From an uncultured Oligoflexus sp. (lineage in GTDB: Bacteria > Bdellovibrionota_B > Oligoflexia > Oligoflexales > Oligoflexaceae), in NCBI GenBank assembly GCA_964236955.1, contig CAXSGP010000109.1, positions 1-14,358 on the forward strand: a DNA stretch of 14,358 nucleotides. The letters run 5' to 3'. A program made the translations under genes and the position numbers. The notes under the pieces are model-generated. The model saw only the letters and a list, made by a program, of their open reading frames with translations, was not told the DNA's origin and ran no database searches. Positions 1-7,319 of the stretch are shown here, piece by piece (the stretch's first letter is position 1; every line of letters starts with the position of its first letter).

Positions 1-410
1 CTCAGGAGGAAAAGGCGGCAATCTCCCCCTCTCAATGGATCGATGCAAGAATCAACGACTTAAGTGACTGGCGGGGTGAGACGCTTGCTCGGATTCGGTT
101 TCTCATTAAGGAGACCCTTCCGGATGTGGTCGAAGAGTGGAAGTGGAGAGGGGTTCCGGTGTGGTCTCAGGGCGGAATTATTTGCACTGGCGAGACCTAT
201 AAAAACGTCGTGAAGATGACCTTTGCCAAGGGTGCCGCGTTAGAGGACCCGTCGCAGCTCTTTAACTCGAGTCTGGAAGGCAGCACCAGGCGCGCCATCG
301 ATTTCCACGAGTCCGACAGGATTGATGAGAAAGCCTTGAAGACCCTCATTCGCGCCGCCGCTGAAAGGAATGCCTCCTCAGCTGTTAAACGCTCAGCCGC
401 GAAAGGATAG
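1..410 (+). CDS. DUF1801 (YdhG/YdeI-like) domain protein, 5'-truncated by the window edge
   Basis: The frame is open from base 3 (QEEKAAISPSQWIDARINDLSDWRGETLARIRFLIKETLPDVVEEWKWRGVPVWS...KMTFAKGAALEDPSQLFNSSLEG..RRAIDF). The DWRG and EEWKW-GVPVW motifs are typical of DUF1801. The ORF-track start at 126 is internal. Confidence 0.88.
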   Translation, partial: QEEKAAISPSQWIDARINDLSDWRGETLARIRFLIKETLPDVVEEWKWRGVPVWSQGGIICTGETYKNVVKMTFAKGAALEDPSQLFNSSLEGSTRRAIDFHESDRIDEKALKTLIRAAAERNASSAVKRSAAKG

Positions 411-712
411 TCCTTATGCAAGGGCGGCCCCCAAGGTCAGTCCCTTAAACTTGGCCCGATTGTCGCTTTGTAAATATTAGAGATAAAAAGTCTTAAATAT
501 TCAATATATCGACGATAGAAAGAATCGCATGGAACGCGTGGCGAGGCCGGTCAGCGCCTTGGGCCGTGGGAGGTGATAGGAAAAAAGAATGGCTACCCTT
601 GGCGAAAGAAACGAGATCCTAAGCTTTGCTGAAAGCATTGAAAAAGAATCAAGATCCTGGCAAAAAGATCGCCTTACTTGAGCGGCTTGTAAAGGCTCGC
701 ACGGAGCCAAGT

Positions 713-741
713 TTGCTTTTTGGGCCCTCTCGCCTTACAAT
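713..741 (+). promoter_or_regulatory. Putative sigma70 promoter for the oxygenase gene
   Basis: TTGCTT (713-718), 17-bp spacer, TACAAT (736-741), about 45 bp upstream of the TTG start. RBS AGGAG at 773-777. Confidence 0.55.
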
Positions 742-784
742 AGCGTTGCGAGCTTATTAAAGATTTTGAAGTAGGAGTTGTGCT

Positions 785-1783
785 TTGACGAAAGTGACTA
801 CAGCGCTCGGCGAAGACGTAGCTGCAACACCGGTTCGAGCAATGGCGGATTCCCCTCTTATCATTTGTCCCATCGCGGCAATCAGCACCCAGATGTCTTG
901 GATAGCGGGACGAAAGAGTGCAATTGAAAAAGAACTTCGGCAACGGGGTGCTTTGTTTTTTCGCGGCTTCGGGATCGACACTCCGGAGCGACTCTTGGAG
1001 TTTGCTGCGGCCACTTCCAATGATTCCCCGAATTTTAAAGAAGAATCTTCGCCCCGCAGCCAGATAAGCGGCGCTGTTTATACTTCGACAGATTATCCCG
1101 AAGACTACGAGATCCAATTTCACAACGAATATTCCTATGCTAATGAATGGCCCATGAAGCTTTATTTTGCTTGTGTCATTCCAGCGGCTAGCGCCGGGGA
1201 AACCCCGGTCGCCAGCACCCGCGGGCTGCTGAAGCGTTTAAAAGCCTCTACTGTGGAAACTTTCCGGGAGAAAGGCATCATGTATGTGCGAAACTTTCGC
1301 TCCGGTATCGGCGTGGGCTGGCAGACGGCTTTTCAGTCGACCGATAAGGCGGTTGTAGAAAAGTATTGCAGTGCCCAGGGATTGGCCTGTGAATGGCTGG
1401 CCGGCGATATTCTTCGCACGCGCAAAGTGCAGAACCCAATTGTTCGTCACCCCCACACGGGCGAGGAAGTATGGTTTAACCACGGATTTTTCTGGAACGT
1501 GCGTGCCCTGGAGCCCGAGGAAGTGCGCGAATATTTTCTATCTCAAGAAGCGGACAGTCTCCCGACTAACACCTTTTTCGGCGATGGCTCCCCGATACCC
1601 GACGTGATTATCGAAGAAATTCGTGCTGCTTATGCCGCCGAAGCGATCCGTGTTCCCTGGGAGAAAGGTGATGTGCTTTTGATCGATAATATGTTGGTTT
1701 CCCACGGCCGCTCTTCCTTCAGTGGCAGCAGACGTATCATCGTGCAGATGGCTGACGGTTTCCGTCGTTCGAATCTCCGTTGA
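785..1783 (+). CDS. TauD/TfdA-family Fe(II)/2-oxoglutarate dioxygenase, SyrP/AmbC/DdaC-like (NRPS-associated)
   Basis: Motifs GALFFRGF, SPRS...VYTSTDYP, FHNEYSY (H-x-E iron ligands), WPMKLYF, GETP, HPHTGEEVWFNH and WEKGDVLLIDNMLVSHGR (distal His). TTG start lies 7 nt after AGGAG; alternative ATG at 842. Confidence 0.9.
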   Translation: MTKVTTALGEDVAATPVRAMADSPLIICPIAAISTQMSWIAGRKSAIEKELRQRGALFFRGFGIDTPERLLEFAAATSNDSPNFKEESSPRSQISGAVYTSTDYPEDYEIQFHNEYSYANEWPMKLYFACVIPAASAGETPVASTRGLLKRLKASTVETFREKGIMYVRNFRSGIGVGWQTAFQSTDKAVVEKYCSAQGLACEWLAGDILRTRKVQNPIVRHPHTGEEVWFNHGFFWNVRALEPEEVREYFLSQEADSLPTNTFFGDGSPIPDVIIEEIRAAYAAEAIRVPWEKGDVLLIDNMLVSHGRSSFSGSRRIIVQMADGFRRSNLR

Positions 1784-1967
1784 ATTCGGTTCTTTACGGA
1801 AAGATAAAAATTAAAATATCTTCAAAACTATCTGCGACTTGCGAAATTTTACTTCATTAAATCCCTATCCTTCCGATCAGTGACCTCTCTAAAAAGGGCG
1901 CATCGCTCGGAGTAAAAAACTGGTTTTGCACCTTTCTTTAAGAATTGAATCAGTCAAAGGAGTCAAC

Positions 1968-2663
1968 ATGTTAGCCCAGCAATCAAATCAGCCCTCCGAG
2001 AATGACAAAGCTGCAACCGGCACGAACTATGGTCGCATAGCCAAAGTCTACGAACTTGGTGCTTATCTGGGCAGCAATGGTCAAATTCAAATCAGTAAAA
2101 AGCATCACCTCAGTCTCCTGAAGAAACCTTCGAGAATTCTCTACCCTGGAGCGGGCATCGGCATCGAAGTCGCCGAGGCAGCAAAAGCCGGGCATGATGT
2201 TACCATCGTTGAACTGAATCTAGGGATGCTACAGGCGGCAAAAGTCTATTTTCAAGAGCAGGGGGTGCTGGATCGCGTGACTTGCATCCATGGCTCCATA
2301 TTGGATCACCATGGCGAATACGATGTCGTCGTTGCGAACTATTTTCTTTGTGTCTTTGATCCGGAGATGATGCGGACCATGTTTCGACACCTCACGACTC
2401 TTGTGAAAAAGGAGGGAATGCTCTGTCTATCCGGTTATGGACCTCTACAGGGATCAATCGTTCACAAGGCTGTGCAATGGGCCAATCACGAATACGCGAA
2501 CATCTTCTGCGTATTGGTTATGAATAACGCGCGGCACCCCATCTATGATTATGAGCCATTATTTGCGGAGATGGGCGTAACGAAAGAGTATGTGCACGAT
2601 TTCCGACACTTCGGAAGCTTCGGGCCGCGTTTTCATCGCATGTGGGCTGTACGCAAAAAGTGA
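1968..2663 (+). CDS. Class I SAM-dependent methyltransferase
   Basis: Motif I ILYPGAGIG, acidic motif VTIVELNLGML, and YDVVVANYFL...LVKKEGML. ATG at 1968 follows AAGGAG (1957-1962) and is preferred over the TTG at 1926. Confidence 0.85.
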   Translation: MLAQQSNQPSENDKAATGTNYGRIAKVYELGAYLGSNGQIQISKKHHLSLLKKPSRILYPGAGIGIEVAEAAKAGHDVTIVELNLGMLQAAKVYFQEQGVLDRVTCIHGSILDHHGEYDVVVANYFLCVFDPEMMRTMFRHLTTLVKKEGMLCLSGYGPLQGSIVHKAVQWANHEYANIFCVLVMNNARHPIYDYEPLFAEMGVTKEYVHDFRHFGSFGPRFHRMWAVRKK

Positions 2664-2698
2664 TCGTGGTTTTGAAAACTCCAGGAAAGGACCGATCC

Positions 2699-5600
2699 AT
2701 GACCATTGGGCGACAAGTGTCTTCTAATGAAAAGCTCTATCTGACAGGTGCGCGGCATTTCTCGGAACTCGTGATGCATTCCGTAGTGGAGGGAAGTGGC
2801 CTTATCAAGGTCGCCGATTTGCAGACTTCGGTGAATAAAGCCAGCGAGCTGCTTCCGGGTGCGCGCCTTCGATTGTCAGGGTCTCGTTGGATTGCCGATG
2901 CGTCAGCGCCTAGGGTTCAAGTGATGGGCGAGTACCCCTCTTTTCATGGCGATATCACCAAGTGCACCCATAATTATACACCGCTTGATCCAAGTGCGGG
3001 TCATACCCTCAGTGTCCATATTGCGTCGCGTGATGGTCGCACGCTTCTCATTTTCAGAGCCATGCATGCTGTGATGGACGGCAAAGGCATGCAGGTCTGG
3101 ATTAAGGCGATATTCTCTTTCCTCCGTGGCGAAACGCCCGAATGGACCGATTCGCTGCTGACAGAAGATCAGGTATTGGCATCAAACCCCGGCAAAAGAC
3201 GCGCGAACGAACCCTTGGTCCCCTATGCCGTGGGGCCTCGCATGAGTCCTGGCGCCGCTAGCGACGGATTTACATTCAGCTATGCCCGCCGCAGCCTCCG
3301 TGGGGCCATTCCAGGGGTGATTGCCAAGTTATCCATAGGCGTTGATAAGTTCCTCGCGACTGGTCCGGATGATCGTTCGTTGATGCTGATTCCCGTCGAC
3401 GTACGCAACGATGTGGAACCCGCGCTTCGTCAGAGTATGTCAAATCTAAGCCTTCCATTGTTGCTCCCCGTTCAGAAGGGGCAATCCTGGTCCTCACTTT
3501 CTGAGCAGTTTCTCGATATGCTCTCCTCGAAGAAACATATCGCTCGCGGCCTTTGGGACTGGTTTTACCGTATGGTTCCCAATGGACCCACCGCCTGGCT
3601 TTTCAGTCGATACTGGTTGAGCGCTCTGCGTCGCGGGCGCTTTGTCGTCTCTGCGGTGATCTCACATACCGGACGTCAGAACCTCGATGAATTTTCCTGC
3701 GAAACCTTTCACGCTGATGATCTGGCTTTCCTGCCTTGCGTCGTGCCCATTTCCCCTCTTGGTCTCGTGTTGACCGAAACGGATTATGGCACCGAGATCG
3801 CACTGGTCAGCTCCAAAGCACTTTGGGATGATCCCCTGAAACTTTTGGATCAGGTGATCGAAGCGTCTGGTTTTTCTCAGATCATGGTGCGCGACGAGGA
3901 TAAAACCAGCAAAACGCGATCGGTGGAAACCATGCAATTTCCAGACGCGCATCTGGCACTGCATCAGCTGGTGGAACGTCAGGTTCGAAGGACTCCTGAG
4001 AACGTGGCTCTGGTATTCGGCGACCGCCAGATGACTTATGCCCAGCTTAACAGCCAGGCCAATCGAATGGCACGGTTGTTGATGGCCCGCGGTGTAAAAC
4101 GATCCGACTCTGTTGGAGTTGGCCTGGATCGATCGTTCGATCTTATCATCGCCATCCTTGCGATCCTGAAGGCAGGCGCTGTTTATATACCCCTTGATCC
4201 CTCTATGCCGGCGAATCGCCTCGAGTATATGGTCGCTGATTCGCAGGCCCGCGCTGTGATCAGCACCGGAGAGCATGCGCGTTTGTTCGCAGGTGCCGGT
4301 GAGGTTCTAGTAATCGATGAACTGGAAAAGGAAATTGCTGGGTTGGGTAGCGCCGATCCGGATCTGACTTTTGGTCCGGATGACCTCTGTTATATGATCT
4401 ACACTTCGGGTTCGACCGGGAACCCAAAGGGTGCTTTAAACAAGCACGCTGCGCTGACCAACCATTTTCTATGGATGGCGCATGAGTATGAGTTGGGGGC
4501 CAGCGACTGTACTTTGCAGAAGACACCGATCAGCTTCGATGCCTCGCTTTTGGAGGTCTTCCTGCCTTTGCAGTGCGGCGGCCGCATCATTATAGCTAAG
4601 CCCGATGGGCACAAAGACACCCGCTATATGCTGGAACTGATTCGCTCTCAAAAAGTGACTTTCCTCAGCATCGTTCCCAGCGTTTTTAACCTTTTCCTTG
4701 ACGAAATCGACGCCCAGGAAGAAAGTAGTCTTAAGCTGGTCCTCTTGGGTGGTGAAGAGTTCACACGTAAACTCTATGAAAAATTCAAGCAACGCTTTCC
4801 AAGCGCAAATGCTGTCAATCTTTATGGTCCGGCCGAGGCGGCGATCGACACGCTGACTTTTGACTGCCGTTCGGGCTTTCAGGGGCGCAGTGTTCCGATC
4901 GGTCGTCCCGTCGCAAACACCGAAATTTTTGTTGTCGACGAATCCATGCAGCAGGTCCCGACAGGGGAAAGCGGTGAGCTGATTATCGCAGGGGTGCAGA
5001 TCGGTCTTGGATATTTCAATCGTCCTGAGTTGACACAAGAAAAATACATAGCGCATCCTTTCAATCCGCACAGTCCTTATAAGGCGTATCGAACAGGCGA
5101 TCTCGTTCGGCAGCTTCCCGATGGCCAGATAGAGTTTATGGGCCGCATCGATTATCAGGTCAAAATCCGGGGCGTCCGGATCGAGCTTGGCGAAATCGAG
5201 CATTGCTTGGAACAGATTCCACTGGTAAGTCGCGCGGTGGTGGTGGCCAGGGAATGGGGCGGGGAAAAAACGCTGGTAGCCTATTGGATTGGCGAGGCGA
5301 AAGATGACTTGCGCCAGGCACTCGCGCGTTCCCTTCCGGCCTATATGATACCCTCGGTCTTTATGAAGCTCGATAAGATGCCCTACAATGCGAATGGCAA
5401 AGTGGACCGACTGGCCTTGCCGGAAGTTCGTTTGGAAGCGCACGTAGAAGACGCTTTCGTTCCAGGAAATGCTCAAGAAAAAGCAGTCGCAGACGTGTGG
5501 TCGGCTCTTTTGAAAGCACCGGTTGGCAAGAGGACTCATTTTTTTGAAGCGGGCGGGAACAGTTTACTGGCTATTTCAGTGGTTGTCCGTGTGAATGCGG

Positions 5601-5707
5601 CGCTCAAGATAAAGCTCCACCCTCAGGACCTTCTGGAGAATCCACGCTTTGATGCATTCTTGGCGAGAGTGCTAAGCATGATTGCAGGGCTTACCGCTGC
5701 CGGCTGA
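2699..5707 (+). CDS. Single-module NRPS-like protein: atypical condensation/acyltransferase domain - adenylation domain - PCP (no TE or R domain)
   Basis: MHAVMDG (3062-3082). A-domain core motifs: TYAQLN, LKAGAVYIPLD, YTSGSTGNPKG (4400-4432), FDAS, NLYGPAE, GELIIAG..GYFN, YRTGDL, GRIDYQVKIRGVRIELGEIE, LPAYMIP and NGKVDR. PCP motif FFEAGGNSL (Ser codon 5561-5563). ATG at 2699 follows AGGAAAGGA. Confidence 0.92.
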   Translation: MTIGRQVSSNEKLYLTGARHFSELVMHSVVEGSGLIKVADLQTSVNKASELLPGARLRLSGSRWIADASAPRVQVMGEYPSFHGDITKCTHNYTPLDPSAGHTLSVHIASRDGRTLLIFRAMHAVMDGKGMQVWIKAIFSFLRGETPEWTDSLLTEDQVLASNPGKRRANEPLVPYAVGPRMSPGAASDGFTFSYARRSLRGAIPGVIAKLSIGVDKFLATGPDDRSLMLIPVDVRNDVEPALRQSMSNLSLPLLLPVQKGQSWSSLSEQFLDMLSSKKHIARGLWDWFYRMVPNGPTAWLFSRYWLSALRRGRFVVSAVISHTGRQNLDEFSCETFHADDLAFLPCVVPISPLGLVLTETDYGTEIALVSSKALWDDPLKLLDQVIEASGFSQIMVRDEDKTSKTRSVETMQFPDAHLALHQLVERQVRRTPENVALVFGDRQMTYAQLNSQANRMARLLMARGVKRSDSVGVGLDRSFDLIIAILAILKAGAVYIPLDPSMPANRLEYMVADSQARAVISTGEHARLFAGAGEVLVIDELEKEIAGLGSADPDLTFGPDDLCYMIYTSGSTGNPKGALNKHAALTNHFLWMAHEYELGASDCTLQKTPISFDASLLEVFLPLQCGGRIIIAKPDGHKDTRYMLELIRSQKVTFLSIVPSVFNLFLDEIDAQEESSLKLVLLGGEEFTRKLYEKFKQRFPSANAVNLYGPAEAAIDTLTFDCRSGFQGRSVPIGRPVANTEIFVVDESMQQVPTGESGELIIAGVQIGLGYFNRPELTQEKYIAHPFNPHSPYKAYRTGDLVRQLPDGQIEFMGRIDYQVKIRGVRIELGEIEHCLEQIPLVSRAVVVAREWGGEKTLVAYWIGEAKDDLRQALARSLPAYMIPSVFMKLDKMPYNANGKVDRLALPEVRLEAHVEDAFVPGNAQEKAVADVWSALLKAPVGKRTHFFEAGGNSLLAISVVVRVNAALKIKLHPQDLLENPRFDAFLARVLSMIAGLTAAG

Positions 5708-5765
5708 GTTCATGGAGTCCGCAGGGAGTCAGAGTCACCGGTTAGCCCTGACGATAATCGGGCTT

Positions 5766-5789
5766 GCCCGGGTCAATATCCGGGCTTTT
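5766..5789 (+). terminator. Putative intrinsic terminator after the NRPS gene
   Basis: GCCCGG-gtcaatat-CCGGGC followed by TTTT, about 60 bp after the stop codon. Confidence 0.55.
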
Positions 5790-5849
5790 CGTCCCGTTTC
5801 CCTAAACTCAGGGTCGGGAAGCCCAGGCTATGCTTTAAGTATATTTTTG

Positions 5850-5880
5850 AAAATAAAAAGGAGCCTTGGCAAAAGGCTCC
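5850..5880 (-). terminator. Intrinsic terminator of the minus-strand small-gene operon
   Basis: GGAGCCTT-ggcaa-AAGGCTCC 8-bp stem (5860-5880), preceded on + by AAAATAAAAA, which gives a U-tract on the minus strand. Confidence 0.75.
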
Positions 5881-5909
5881 CAAATTATCAACTGTTCCCC
5901 TTACGAAAT

Positions 5910-6104
5910 TCAAATCGCCCGACTAATCCAGTTTACATCCCCAAGCGATATGCGCACAGAATGGGAATCATCATTGGCAAGAATTGCCGTCAGGTCTTCG
6001 ATTTCAGTCAGGCGGCCCGTGATCTCCGAGCCGTCGGTACGAACGATTAGGACGAAATGGCCCTTGAGGCTTTCCGCGGTTTCAAAACTTTCATCAATAC
6101 CCAT
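5910..6104 (-). CDS. Small hypothetical protein (64 aa), possible Sm/LSm-like small beta-barrel
   Basis: ATG with an upstream GGGGAG RBS, 17 bp after the DUF3820 stop and followed by a terminator. Pattern LKGHFVLIVRTDGSEITGRLTEIED. Confidence 0.65.
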   Translation of the reverse strand: MGIDESFETAESLKGHFVLIVRTDGSEITGRLTEIEDLTAILANDDSHSVRISLGDVNWISRAI

Positions 6105-6121
6105 AATTTCTAACTCCCCAT

Positions 6122-6361
6122 TTATTGGCCTTGATTTACTCCAGGCTTTTCTCTGAGAGGCACGATTAAGTATTCCAGACCATTGAGCTTGATTTCGTAG
6201 AGTTGCGCAAGCAGTCGTCCCATCTCTCCCTCTGGATATCCTTTATTGTTAAACCATACTACATAGGCCTCAGGCAGATCAATAAGGGTGGTGCCTTTGT
6301 ACTTGCCAAAAGGCATTTTCATATTGGCTATTTTTATCAAATCACTGGCATCATGGTTCAT
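6122..6361 (-). CDS. DUF3820 family protein
   Basis: KMPFGKYKG..LIDLPEAYVVWF..KGYPEGEMG.LL..LYEIKLNGLEYL signature. The start overlaps the end of the upstream VF530 gene. Confidence 0.88.
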   Translation of the reverse strand: MNHDASDLIKIANMKMPFGKYKGTTLIDLPEAYVVWFNNKGYPEGEMGRLLAQLYEIKLNGLEYLIVPLREKPGVNQGQ

Positions 6362-6599
6362 GGGATTTTTCCTCCAAATACCGAAGGTATAGCTGTTCCA
6401 CCCTGGTCCGGGCCCACGGAGTTGTTCGCAAAAAGGTGAGACTTGACTTGACGCTGGGATCTTTCAAAAAACAATTTATTGGAATAATTTGGCCTAAAGA
6501 TACCCAGTCATAGTGGGTAATAAGCTCAGTCAATATCTTCTCAAGAGTGATCCCAGCAAGCGGATCCTTAACTTTGCTTTTCTCTACTTCCCTAGCCAT
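6351..6599 (-). CDS. VF530 / DUF2132 family putative DNA-binding protein
   Basis: DPLAGITLEKILTEL..HYDW..L...I.INCF..DPSVKSSLTFLRTTPWAR.RVE.LY. ATG at 6599 follows GAGG. Confidence 0.9.
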   Translation of the reverse strand: MAREVEKSKVKDPLAGITLEKILTELITHYDWVSLGQIIPINCFLKDPSVKSSLTFLRTTPWARTRVEQLYLRYLEEKSHEP

Positions 6600-6671
6600 G
6601 CGTCGCCTCTTCATCAGATGAAGAGTCTTATACCTAAGCGGCAAATGAACGTTAAGACTTTTCAACAGCGA

Positions 6672-7253
6672 TCATTCCTGCAAGATTTTTCGCATTTTAA
6701 TACCGTGCCGGCCGACATCATAATAGTCAGTGAGAACATGGTGTTGTGTAAAGCCCAGAGTGCCATAGAGGGCGATGGGGATCAGGGCATCAGCCTCGAC
6801 TTCAAGGTAGACGTTTCGAATTCGCTTAAATTTGAGGTCCTCTAGGACATGGAGCAGGAGCTTACGCGAGAGGCCCTTTCCCCGAAACTCCAGGTCAACC
6901 GTCAGGCTATAAATTCTGGCATGGACGCCATCGCGGAAGCTGCGCCTCAACACAATCACCTGAGCTATGATCTGCGCCTGGAAACTCATGATCCAGACGT
7001 CGGCCCTCGGATTGCGTAGCAGGTCTTTGATCTGTCTGGAGTGAAAAGCCATTGTCGGGTCAAAGCAGCGAAGTTCAAGGTCGTAGAGCGCCTTTTGATC
7101 GCTGGGATTCGCCCGACTGATGCTGAGGTCTTCAAGAGCTTTGTTAGGCTTCTTGCCAACAGGTTTGGTTTGGGAAGCTTGGGTCTGCAAACGATCTGGC
7201 GACGAACGCTGGGCATAGGCGGTCATAGTCTGCTCGAATAAAATGAGGCTCAC
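6672..7253 (-). CDS. GNAT N-acetyltransferase, RimI-like
   Basis: LE..CF, RIYSLTVDLEFRGKGLSRKLL (acetyl-CoA motif A), VYLEVEAD...IALY..LGF and DYY. The start is uncertain (7253 GTG or 7226 ATG). Confidence 0.85.
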   Translation of the reverse strand: MSLILFEQTMTAYAQRSSPDRLQTQASQTKPVGKKPNKALEDLSISRANPSDQKALYDLELRCFDPTMAFHSRQIKDLLRNPRADVWIMSFQAQIIAQVIVLRRSFRDGVHARIYSLTVDLEFRGKGLSRKLLLHVLEDLKFKRIRNVYLEVEADALIPIALYGTLGFTQHHVLTDYYDVGRHGIKMRKILQE

Positions 7254-7319
7254 ATTTCTAGGATGAAAGCATGAGTATAGCCGTTAGCCGGGCGGACGGG
7301 GAGGCTCTTTTACGAGGCT

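Noticed and set aside
590..720. c-di-GMP-I or other riboswitch upstream of the oxygenase
   Set aside because: GAAA-containing segments are present, but the GGCAAA..GAAA..GACGCAAAG architecture is not.
4469..5539. 356-aa minus-strand ORF (and the 204-aa ORF at 3662-4276)
   Set aside because: Antisense shadows of the NRPS A domain with no recognisable motifs.
5682..6156. Plus-strand ORFs 5682-6050 and 5866-6156
   Set aside because: They run across terminators and lie antisense to better-supported minus-strand genes.
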